NCBI GenBank assembly: GCA_024679065.1
Contig: JAGIQG010000020.1
Coordinates: forward strand, 8,804,001 to 8,868,000
Direction of reading: 5' to 3'
From: Sphyrna mokarran
Taxonomy: Eukaryota
DNA: 64,000 nucleotides
This document shows, piece after piece, positions 11,161 through 22,728 of the stretch. How positions within the stretch are numbered: position 1 is the stretch's first letter; every line of letters starts with the position of its first letter. The translations under genes were made by a program, and so were the position numbers. Below the pieces are notes generated by a model that was not told where the DNA came from, did no database searches, and was given only the letters and a program-made list of their open reading frames with translations.

Positions 11161-12779
11161 CTGATGAGCAAATGATAAACAAGCCACGAGGAATATTTTA
11201 TTACCTACTGGTATGCGTTTGAGGCGCCAAAACTGTCTACTCAACACTATTCAAGTGTTGAAAATCCACGGCACCCAAAGTGAGTTAAGTCTTGGCAAAA
11301 TGAAATGCTCGAGGAAACAAAACTTTTCGCATGATTTGTGTTGGTGGATTTGAGGGGTACATTTGCTGTCATGGGGAAGAATGAGTTTGAGATTGTCAGT
11401 GCATTGGCCGACGGAGAAATGAGCTGAAAATAGCAATTCTTTAAAATCAGATTTTTGATGGCAGGTGACCCTTCACATCACACCACCTTCTCCTCTCACG
11501 ACAGGGTTAACAAGCCATCGTACAATGTTCCATTGCCTCCTGATTTGAAAAATAAAACAAAAGAGGCAAGCACTTCAAATGTTGATAACGTTTGCTTGCC
11601 ACACATCTTCACCCCAAGTATTCTTGAACAATTATGAGAAATAACACGTTAGTTATGCAGTTGAGGCGCACAGAGGAGAACGAGAAAAAAATGAACTAAT
11701 TACTTCGCCTGGAGAATTAACGATAGCGGCTGCAGATGCAGTTGCGTCAGTATAAAGAATTCGAGAAGAATTCATCGCCGAAAGAGAGCAATCAGCCCAT
11801 CGCTTCCATGTCGCTTCTGTAAAGGAGACATGGAACTGGAATTTCTGCCTTGATCTTACTCCAGTGTTCGACATATTTTCCACTTTTTTTGACAGTGATT
11901 GTTACATCCTCTTCCGCTAGCCTCTGATCCAGTTGTCTCCAGATCATTAAGAGTTGGAACATATTTACCCACCACCGGCCCTCTTCTGTTCCTGCTCCCG
12001 GGCTATTTCAAATGTTTGCCTTCTGGTGATCAAAGTTGCCGACATTTGAAGCAGCTTCTCCTGTCCTTACCCAACACCTTTAAGAACTTCTTTATCAAAT
12101 CTTCTGTGCGGCACTAAGGAGAACAATTCCAGATTCTCTCGTCTTTCCATCTAACTGAGGACTTTTACCTCTGGAAACATGCTAATAAACCTTCTTGCAC
12201 ACTCTCCAAGGCCTTGAAATATTGTCAAGAACAGGACTCACTACTCTAGCTGGGGTCTAACAAAGATAAAAAAGTTAACATATTTACTTGCATTCATACG
12301 GGAATTTTACTGACACTCGTGTCGCAAGAGTAAAGGGTGGGAAAGGAATATTAAACTTTCTCCAGCACTGGGAACATTTCCAAGCGGCGGTCAGGTAGAG
12401 GAATCAGGAACAGGCAATTAATGTTGTTAGGCTGAAATATATCACAGGGTATTTACTGAAAGGATTTGCCTCAGTCAGTACACTGGGAGTGAGAGGTTTA
12501 AGGCCTTGCCTCTGAGTGGAATGCAGGGAGTTGACATCTGCAGTGTGGAAGGAGGGTGAGAGAGAGACAGAGAATAGTTCAGTTAACACAACGAGACAGC
12601 AGGTGCGAGAGAAGAACACCCTCGTGGAGTGAAAGCGGAATCGGAAAACGATTCGCATGGGGCCAGGAATGCAGATTAAAGTTGACTGAAGACGGGACGC
12701 AGTTGAAATAACAGACAGGAAAAGAAGGCCTACTTCATGGAGATGTTGAATCCAATGATTGCGTCCGACTGGAAGCAAA

Positions 12780-15330
12780 AGTGTAAAAATCTGCAATTAT
12801 TGGCAGAGCTGATGATTGGCAAGAATATAAAAACCGACAAGGAATGATTAATAAAGTAATGAGGAAGGAGAATTTAGAGTATGAGAGAATGTTAGCTAGA
12901 CATATTAAAATAATGTAAGAATTTCTACATACTTTTAAAAAGGGAAAATGCCACTAAAATAAGTGTGGTTACTCTGGAGAAGGAGTATCGGAAATTCAGA
13001 ATACGGAATGAGGACATGGCAGCACAATTGATATATATTTTGTGCCTCGCTGAAGGATACATAAATAAAATCCCAGAAATGCTTGCAGGGAAAACGTCGA
13101 AGGGAGGGAGGGACGTAAAGCAACTTCAAGCACCAGGTCAATGCTGCTGAGAAAACGATCAGAACTGAAGGTTGGCAAGTCGTTAGGACATGATGGAGCT
13201 GGGGAAGATACCCTTATGCAGAGTGGATGCAGGAACGATGGGTCTCCTTCTGTGTTGTAGTGATTTTATAATTCCATGAGATTCGGAAATAGCATCTATT
13301 TCTCCTCTATTCAAGAAAGGAAAGAGACAGAAAAGATGTAACTACAAGCTAATTAGCCGAACATGTGTTAAAATTAAAATGCTACAATCTATTGTTAGAA
13401 GGTTGGAGCATGGCACTTGCAATTATGCCGGGCTTTATATAATTGAAGCCATAGTTTATTCATTTGTTACATTTACTTGAGCAAATTGTTAGTGACGTGG
13501 ATAAAAAGGAACCTGTCGTCTTCGATTTCCAAAACGCATTCCATGAGATACCGCTTCAAAGACAAAGTATGAAAAGCCAAATAGGAGCCCATCATGTATG
13601 GGGTAACATTTATCATGAATTGAGGATTGGTTGGCTTACAGAAACAGAGAGGTGTGTTGATTGAGCATTACTGGGGGGGAGGGGGAGGGTGGGTCAAATA
13701 TATCCGGTGGTATGTCGCACGGATTACATCTGGGCCGCAAGTATTTTCAACGTATAGAAATGTCATAGATGATGGGACGGGTTGATTGCAAATGTTTCTC
13801 ATGACATTAATATAGGGGGAAAATAAATTGCGAGGTTAGCAACAACAACAAAGAACAAAGAGCAACACAGCACGGGAAGCAGGCCCCTCGGCCCAACGAG
13901 CCCACGCCGCTGTCCTAAACTCTTAATGACATATCCTTGACTTTAGGCTATGCCTATTGTTGAAGATTCCCATATAGGGACCAATATAGGGATAATTTGT
14001 TACCCAATCAGCCTAGGAGCACATTTTTGGAATGTGGGAGGAAACCGGAGCACCCGGAGGGAACCCACGCAACCACGGAGAGAACGCGCAAACTCCCGCA
14101 GACACAGGCAATGTGTCAGCACAGCAACAGCGATAGTCTCTGAACTGTCATGTTGCCCATCAGATGGTCCAGTTTAAGCATACACTGATGGCGTGAAGCA
14201 CTAGGCCACTCCTGATAAAGCAACCTCCAAGAACAGCTCTCGCACGACATGTCGCATGCATGCCTCTTGTTGGTCAACAAGGTGGACCGAATTGCCTGCG
14301 GAAACAAATAAGACTTAATTAAACATGCTAAAAAAAACTAAGACATTCCCGAGACGAAACTAAAAGATAGTCTACTACTATTTGGTCCTCCCGATATTCA
14401 AACAGTCCTGCTATATCACTCTATCTGCAGACCGCTCATGTGGCTGTCCAAGAGACCCTTAAACAACCCTAGCGTGCCTGCTCCCACCATCTTTCTCGGC
14501 AGTGCATTCCACACCCCCACTACCCTTTGTGTGAAAAACTGGCCTCTAATATTCGCCTCATACATGGCCCCCCTCACCCTGAGCCTGTGACCCCTCGTTC
14601 TATCCATTTCTAATGGTGGAAAAAGCTTACCACCATTTACTCTATCTATACCCCTCATACTCTTATATACCTCTAAAAGATCCCCTCTCAGCCGAATAGA
14701 TACATAGATTTAGCATAAATAGATTTAGATAGGCTACGTGAGTGGTAAAAAGGACCAGGTGGAGTACAATGTAGTAAAATGCGAATTCTCACACTTGGGC
14801 AGGAAGAAGTGCAAAGATCTGCAACACTGGGGATCTGGGTGCCCTGGAATGTGATTCACAAAACTTTAGCATGAAGCTGTAAGTGATTAGGAAAGCAAAT
14901 GCAATGTTGTCACCCATTGCAAGTGAGATGGAATATAAAAGTAGGGAAGATTCCCTACAAACTTGTCGTGCTGTATTGAGAGCACATCTGAAGTATTTTC
15001 CTATTGGCCGCGTACCTCGGAACGGGTACAATAGCACCAGAAATAGTTCGTGAAAAGGTGCCCCCATCAGATGAAAGGGATATCATATAGGGAAAGATTG
15101 GTCAAGTTGGAGCTATAGCCATTAGAGTTTAGAAGAATTAGAGGTGATCCTGCTGGAACATCTACTATCCTCAGAGGAACTGAGATGGTGAATGCAGAGG
15201 AAATCCTCTCTTCTAAAGAGACTAGAAGAAAGGGACATCAATTAAAATTAGTTTTTCAATTGAGATGTAGATAAAGAGAATTTCATTCTCTGTGAGAGCC
15301 ATTAGTCGGTGGAACTCTCTTTAGCAGGAA
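12780..15330 (+). mobile_element. Old, heavily decayed CR1 LINE interrupted by element A
   Basis: Degenerate ORF2 motifs (FKKGKRQK, FDFQNAFHEIP, KANAMLSPIA); continuous in unit 2 at ~34670-36350. Confidence 0.7.
13842..14693 (-). mobile_element. Copy A of composite CR1/V-domain retroelement, unit 1 only
   Basis: Intact RT C-terminus (ORF 14416-14658: RTRGHRLRVRG..FFTQRVVGVWNALP), spacer, unique block, V-SINE core, CR1 tail; absent at the unit-2 site ~35699. Confidence 0.88.
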
Positions 15331-15334
15331 TGAA

Positions 15335-17725
15335 AGCCATCGTGAATGATGGCGGATAATTAAGCAACTCACTGGAGGAGAAGACATCACAAATGTCGCC
15401 ACCCTCAACGATCAGTGAAAAAGATAAGGCTTAAAACCTTCGCAATAATCTTTTGTCGTGTATGCCAAAGGGATGCCTTATCCGTAAATATTCAGCATTA
15501 CGGATGTCAAGCTTTAGCCCATTCAATTCGCTTAACTTGATATTAAGAATGGGCCGAACGCCTTGAATACTACAAAGGCTTTGGGCCCTAACAATATTCT
15601 GTCGACAGTCCTGACGACTTGTGCTCCAAACCATGCGGCCCCGCCAGTCATTTACAATACTTACATCTACTGGGCATTGCAGAACATTCGCAGTTATGTT
15701 CTCTACGCAAAAAGAAGGGCAATTCCACTTTATTAATTAGCCATCAGGCCACTCCAAATCATCAGTAAATTGATGGAAGTGATCATTAACAGCGCAATCA
15801 AACTGCAGGAACTTAGCTGGAACCTATTCACCACACATACGTTGGATTCCGCTAGTCACTCAGTACCTGAATTCATTACAGCCTTGGGTCAAACATGGAC
15901 AAGAGTAGTTGAATGTCCGATTGAAGTGACTGCCCTTGACGTCAGGGCAGCACGGATTGAATTAAGGAGCCCGCACAATGCTGGAGTCAATTAGAATCAG
16001 AGGGAAAACTCCTCGCTGGTTGGAGTCATACCTAGCACAGAGGAAGAGTATTGTGGTGTTGAAGTTCAATCATCTAATTTGCAAACTTCACTGCAGGAGT
16101 TTCTCAAAATTGTGTCCGACGTCCAACTATCCTTCTCTGCTGGGATGACCTTCCTTGCATTATAATGTCAGCAGTGGGGACGATCACACAATCTACAGGA
16201 CCATTCCCGCATCATCAGAGACTGTCCACATGTAGTAAGTCCAGGACAATATCCAAGCTTGGGTTGGCAAATGGCAGGTAACCTTCGTGGAAAAGTAGCG
16301 CCAGGAAATAATCATCTCCAACAACAGGTGTACAAGATTATGAGGAGTATAGATAGAGTAAACAGGGTTAAGCTTTTTCCTAAGTTGGACTCAAATAGCA
16401 CGAGAGGTCACGGGCTTAGGGTGAGGGGGGTGGGGGTAAGATATAATTTGGATGTTAGAGGGAGTTTTTTCACACAGAGGGTGGTGGGGTATGGAACGCG
16501 CTGCCAAATAAAGTGGTGGAGGCAGATACTCTGGAGTTATTTAAGAGATACTTAGATAGGCACATGAACAGAATGGGATTGAAGGGTATAGAAAACTGAT
16601 TTAAAATAAGGATCATGAGCCTTGGGAGTTCCCCGGGAAGTGTGTAAATTGTCGATGATATTGATGCATTTGTTTTATTCTACAGGTACTTCGGTCCGCC
16701 TTGTTGTCTAACAAGGAGCATACACGCAATGGGTCGTGAGAGGGCTGCTCTCGGATTTTTCGAGAGTATCCTAGTGCTTCACGTCGTTAGTGCACGCTTG
16801 ACCTGGACCACTTGATGGGCAACATGACAGTTCAGTGACTATCGCTGTGCTGTGCAGACACATGGATTTAGGCCTGTGTCTGTGGGAGTTTGCGCATTCT
16901 CCCCGTGCTTGCGTGGTTTTCTCCAGGTGTTCCGGTTTCCTCCCACATCCTAAAGATGTGCTCTTAGGCTGACTGGCAGAACAAATTCTCCTTAATTTAT
17001 CTCAAATTTGGTTTCAGTGCATAGATCTATAAACATAGACAGGGATCACGGGTAGAAGTCGCGGGCTCGTTGGGCAGAAGGTCCTGTTTCCCGTGCTAAC
17101 AGGGAATCTAACCGTTGTTCCTTGACATATAATGGTATTGCCATCACTGTCGACATCCTAAGGTGACCATTGACAAGAAACTGAACTGATCCTGACGTTT
17201 AAGATGGCTACAAAAACAGATCAGAGGCTATGAATCCTGTGACAAGTATCTCATTTCCTGATTCGCCAAACCTGTCCACCATCTGCGAGTCAAAAGTGAG
17301 GAATGCGATAGAATATTTGCACTCGCCAGAAGCTTCTATAACTTTCAAGCAGATTAGACCATCCATGACAAAATTTGACTGGCACCTATTCCACAAACTC
17401 CCTCCGCGACGATGAACAGTGGCAGCAGTGTGTACCATTTGCAAGATGCACAGCAAAATCCCAGAGGAGCTCCATTGGCAGCATCTTACAAAATTACATC
17501 GCTACCGTCCAGGAGGACAAAGGAAGCAGACACATGGGAATTCACCACCATTTTAACGCTTCCCTCCAAGTTATTCGCAATCTGACATGGGGATATATTG
17601 CTTACTTAGACCACAGGGACTGCGCTGATTCAAACAAAGCAATTCACCACCATCATCACGAGGGCAATTGCGGTGAAGAATAAATGCTGGTCTAGTCAGC
17701 GATGTTCACATCACGTTAAAAAAGA
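15335..17725 (+). mobile_element. Decayed L2/CR1-group LINE (second family), interrupted by element B; paralog ~36370-38025
   Basis: Remnants such as PNLSTICESKVRNAIEY; 3' end caccaccatc...agggcaatt...aataaatgctggtctagtcagcgatg. Confidence 0.65.
16329..17097 (+). mobile_element. Copy B of composite CR1/V-domain retroelement with 6-bp TSD, unit 1 only
   Basis: TSD aacagg at 16323-16328 and 17098-17103; RT end (VYKIMRSIDRVN..TRGHGLRVRG..FFTQRVVG), unique block, V-SINE core, CR1 tail; empty site at ~37395 in unit 2. Confidence 0.9.
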
Positions 17726-18235
17726 TGCAGAATTCGATTGAAAAGGGACCCAAAGAATATAGGAGTAGACAGGAATTAGGGGTCGAGCCAAGACCACATC
17801 AGCAAACGATCTTAAGCCTAATCCTCCTTCCAATTCATACAATCGTATAATTCGTATTTGCGCCTTTTTTGTCTATTTTAATCCGGCCTAATTTCTGAAA
17901 CTTCGGGTCCATTAATGTGGCGCTGGCAGTATTATCTTTAGTGAATGAACCAGGAAAGGAAGTGAGAGTAACACATTTCGTAACATTGGTTTCTTACTGC
18001 TTCTAATCGTTCGGATTTTCTAATATTATGGACAGTCACCACTAAAAAGGCGAACACATTAAACATCGAAGTTAATTGACAATACCTAACGAGAATATTC
18101 TGAAAATGACTTCCATGTCTGAATCCCTATTTATCAAGTATCTACGTATTAGGCCAGGAATTGATATTTTGAGATAATTTTCGCCGCATAGACACTCCGT
18201 GTAACAATACGGTCCTTGGTATATCAATTGCAATA

Positions 18236-18249
18236 TTGCCATCTGCTGG
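18236..18249 (-). promoter_or_regulatory. Candidate CTCF site upstream of cluster 1
   Basis: CCAGCAGATGGCAA matches the CTCF core CCASNAGRKGGCR; conserved at 38540 and 45996. Confidence 0.6.
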
Positions 18250-18831
18250 TTCAGCCGTACAACGTGCACAGGTTCATTGGGATTCAGTTTGGACTTCTTT
18301 CATCTATTGTATATAGTCCAATAGCAAGCAGGGGGAATGAAATGATAATTATAACATGAAATTCAGGATAAATTCAGGAACTCTGATCGCATTTGTGAAG
18401 AGAAAAACACAAGTTCTATATAAGGGTTATTTGCATTGCTGTGTTTGGTGAAAGTGTTCAGTCTCTAGTAAATAAAGTGTAAATCCCATCAGTACCTTTA
18501 TCATGCATTTCAAACGTTTCGAAAACAGGTGCAGGCGCAGCCTCAAACAAGGCAATAGGAACTAACACTGTAAAGAATACCGATCGCTGTATATTGACCA
18601 TTAATTGCCGGATTAGTATTGCCGAGTCCTGGAAAAAGCAATGATTCTGAATCTCTTCATGGTATCTGGCAATAAATCTTGAACATAAGTAATTATAATC
18701 ATGTTAACAAAAAACTCTGAATTGCTGAAAGAAACGTTCGCTTCATTAACATCATTCCGGCAGGAAGTCCTTAATGAGTACATTCGTGACTTCACGTTTT
18801 CGGTCCCGAAAACGATACAGAAGCCCGAGGC

Positions 18832-19072
18832 CATGTACCAACCAAGTTAAGAACAGCTTCTTCCCTGCTGCTTTTAAACTTTGAATGGACCTAACTCGCA
18901 TTAAGTTAACGTTTCTCTGCACCCTAGCCATGACTGTAACAACACATTCGAAACTCTTGCCTTTTCTTCTCTATGAATGGCATGCTTTATCGGTGTAGCA
19001 TGTAAGATACAATACCTGTCACCGTATGCTAATACATAAAACAAGAACACATCACATCGAATCAAATCAAAA
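18832..19072 (+). mobile_element. Rex1/Babar-type LINE 3' end (paralog ~39117-39348)
   Basis: aagaacagcttcttccctgctgc...(aaatc)n tail; same 3'UTR as the longer copy at 43469-44200. Confidence 0.65.
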
Positions 19073-19409
19073 GTATTTGTGCCATTAGGGAAACGTGTAC
19101 AATACATGACAGCCACATTAATAAGACGCTGTTAGCAGTTCTCTTGAGAATGGACCTCCTGATCTGATTGGTTTACGTGTTACAGAAAGAGCCGTTCACC
19201 TGAAATAATTCGAAAAATAACAGCAAAGTAAGGACAAAGCGGCAGTAGCGCAACTTTTGTTTTCAATTCCGGAAGTAGTTTCAGATGAGAATTAGAGCTC
19301 AGGAGTGAAGTAGTTTGGTGGAGGGAGAGGAAAACATCAGAGCGTATGTAAGGCCTAGCAGAAAGCAAGAACACAACTGATGCCATGCTGAAAGCACACC
19401 ATTATTTAT

Positions 19410-20270
19410 ATATATTGTAAAGAGTCGAGGCCACAGCACTGATCACTGTAGCATGCCACTCCTCACACCTTGCCAATCACAAAATTGTCCTTTTTGCCTA
19501 CTCTCCGTTTCCTGATCGCTCGCAAATTTTCTGTCAATGACCCCAGACGATAAACTCTCATTTTCCGCAATACTCTTTGCTGTCACATCTTATTAAATAC
19601 TTACTGGAAAATACAGTACATCCACCTGCTCTCCTTTATCCACAGCATGTTACTTCTTTAAATCACTCCAGTAAATTGATTCAACATGACTTCTCTTTGA
19701 CAAAACTGTGTTGGCGCTATCTGATTACCGTGAATTTACTAATGTGCCCTGCTATCAAACCTAAATAACCGCTAAATATATTTTCCTTATATGTCACATG
19801 TTCAGCTGACTTGCGTTGTACACCTAACGTGTTTCTACTTTAGGTCTCTTTTTCCTATTGCATTAAAGTGATACATCTGCTGTTTTCCCATCTAATGGAC
19901 GCTTCCCAGAAACTGGGGAATTTTGGAACATTAAAACCAACCCAACAATTGTCTCATTTGTCACTTCTTTTAAGACTTTCAGGTAAAATCCAGCAAGACC
20001 TGAGGACTTATCAACCGACATCTTCAGCAACTTTCTGAGTGTTATTTCCCTGACGATTCTAATTTTCCTGTGTCCTTCTCTTCCATTTCCTGCCCTACTG
20101 CTATTTCTGTGATACTATTTGTAGTATTTGTCAAACAAATAGTATCATAGTTCTCTCCAATGAAAACGAAAGCAAAATATCTGTTCTCTTCATCTGCAAT
20201 CTTTGTTTGCTACAAATTCTCCAGACTCAATTTCTATCGTCTGTCGCCCACACTTGCAACTTTTTTATTT
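19410..20270 (-). mobile_element. Old CR1 LINE fragment (paralog ~39670-40490)
   Basis: Decayed ORF2 (unit-2 copy translates ENRYFALFFTVEDT). Confidence 0.6.
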
Positions 20271-21914
20271 GATCGTTAAACTTTACAATTTGAAGTTGAT
20301 GTTTAGTGTCATAAGTAGTAACACTGCTGTAAAATTACTCTGAAATCCCCAGTCGCTGCAGTCCGGCGGCTGTTTGGATACACTGAGGGAGAATTAGCAA
20401 CACTAAGCACTATGCCAAAGGCAAGAAATAATTGAAAGAAACACTGGGAAACAAATGAACGGGTCTGGAAGCATCTGTGGAAACGGAAACAGAGTGAAAA
20501 TTGCGCTTCCAAAAGTGCCAGCTGAAAATATATGCAATGAGTTTTGTTCACTTGAACGTCACTGAAAAAGTACAGGAAATCACTCCAATTATACCCTCAA
20601 GATGAAAATTGGATAGATTGATGAAACCGATGACTGCATGAAATGTTACTCGTGCACTGGGGTGTGGTTACTTGGACAGCTCTTTCAAAGAGTATACTGG
20701 GTCAAAGATATTTTTGTGTTGTATTCTTCTGTGAAATGGTTGGGAACTGAGTTCAATATAGCCATTTGTTATGATCAGGTTTAAATTAGTTTAAATTATG
20801 ATGTAGCAGATTCACAAGTTTCTTCTAAAAGTCAATAGAAACTACATACGATTGAAAGATTGTGGAGAGAGATTGTCTTGGATTAGCTATCCATCATCAC
20901 TTCTCTTTGCTTCTCTCCTAAACAATTGTCCACTGATCCTGAGTCTAAGATCCCGTGTTCTGGATTTCACAAGCAGGGCAAACATCCGCCTGATCTTTTC
21001 CGTTTCAAGGGCAGGGTCTTTCCGATCGTCGGTTTCACTGTCCATCAACTCAATTCCCCGCTCTTCTTTGACCCAGTGTACGCTTTGAAAGGGCTGTTCA
21101 AGTAATCACACTCCAGTGCACGATTAACATTTCATGCAGACATCGGTTTCATGAATCTATCCTCCTCAGTCATTGGACAAATGGTGAGGAAAAACATAAG
21201 CCAAAGGAAGACATGCACACACTTCTGCGGAGGAGGAACCGTCTTAGAGGACTGACGGCCAACCGTCAGTGCAGCAACTTGTAGGTTCGAACGGTGGCCA
21301 CAGTTCGGGTTACAACTGATCTCGAAAGACGAAAGTTGGTGTAGGCCAAATGACATAGGTTTTTGAGGGTTTTGGTACCGAGGGAAGCGGTAGTGTTCCC
21401 CTTGCCCGACACCAGCACTCAGCTCCCTTGTTACATTATCTTGACCCAGCCAGAGGAATTATTGTAGTACCGACAGGATGAAGCACTTGACTGATTCTTA
21501 ATTGGTCACTTACGGGCGTCAATGGGCTCAAATGTGCGCTCACCGCTCAAAGAATTTGTTCTTCCCAATAGATCGAGGAGATTTCTAATCATCACAGTAG
21601 AATTGTTCAGTGAGGCTGTGGTGAGATAGAACTTCGTGCTTTCAGAGTGCATAAAAAGCCTAATATACGTTCAGATGATGCCTACAAGGGGGAGCACGTG
21701 GATGGGAAAAGAATGGGAGCCAGGGACGTATTGTCGAATTGCTGGAATGTGAGCAGGAACAGTAACCATTGCAGACAAACTTGTAGACATTATTTGATAA
21801 AGAATAATGGAACCTGATCACGAGAATAGGCACAAGCAACTGATTAATGAAGGAGAATTGTTGGTTTATGTGTAGAACCGCGTCAAAGACCGACGCCAGT
21901 CCGAAAAGTATGAG

Positions 21915-22135
21915 CATAGTGGTTAGCACGGCTGTTCCACACCGCCAAGAACCCAGTTTCGATTCCCGCCTTGAGTCACTTTGTGTTCACATAATGCACG
22001 TTCTTCCCGTGTCTGCGTCGGTTTCCTCCAGATGCTCCTGTTGCTTCCCATAGTTCGAAAGATGTGCCATGCAAAATTCTCACAGGCGCCGGGGTGTGGC
22101 AAATAGGAGGTTTTCACTGTAACTTCATTGCAGGA
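21915..22135 (+). mobile_element. tRNA-headed V-SINE (HE1-like)
   Basis: A-box agtggttagc, B-box-like gtttcgattccc, V core cccgtgtctgcgtcggtttcctccagatgctcc, tail ...ttttcactgtaacttcattg. Confidence 0.75.
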
Positions 22136-22728
22136 ATTGTAGTTTGGATTACAACTGATAGTTGAAAGTTTATTGTGACAATAACAAAGGAATTTTAAGC
22201 ATCTCTTAAAAACAGCAGTACTTTGCTCTCGTTACTTTGAATAGAATGTAACTTTGATAAAGGTCATATCAGTAATGTGGCAGAAGCAGAGTGATTGTGG
22301 GGATTCAATGCTGAGTTGTTGAAACGATAGTAAGGATCTGGGGTTGGTAATATCTTCAAGTAGTTTAGAGAAGGAATGTCAACAGGAGATCGGCAATAGT
22401 TTGCAAGGAAAGAGGAACAAGGCTGTTTTCAAAGACAGGTTTGATAGTAATCGATGTGAAAGAAAGAACACTGTCTGAGGAGAGATAGCAGTTCATGATA
22501 TCAGCGAAACTGGGGTAAAACAAAGAAAGTTAGATGGTCAGTAATTTATTGGAAACATGGTCCACATGGGTCTAATACAGAAAATGAATTATGGAAGGCA
22601 ATGAGGGAATATATGAAAAAAACATTCAAGTCAACTATGATGCATGCGAAGTAGTGTTCCGTCATTTCACTCCTATATAACTTCATTCTAAGGAAAGTGT
22701 ACGCACTATTTTTTCTAGATTATGTTAT

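Larger units (their letters stand above)
1..21801. repeat. Tandem segmental duplication unit 1 (IgL cluster 1 plus flanks; runs off window start)
   Basis: Position 1 (gtttacaaggaaagagg) matches 22399 (gtttgcaaggaaagagg); colinear homology continues to ~21801 (ttatttgataaa) vs ~42603 (ttatctgataaa). Confidence 0.95.

Noticed and set aside
10865-11247. Long ORFs rich in YLSI (also 32994-33308)
   Set aside because: Translation artefacts of the GATA microsatellite.
14116-14307. Possible extra ORF in the conserved block of the CR1/V element
   Set aside because: Copies B and C have stops in this frame; the alternative frame is stopped in A and frameshifted in C; substitutions show no synonymous excess.
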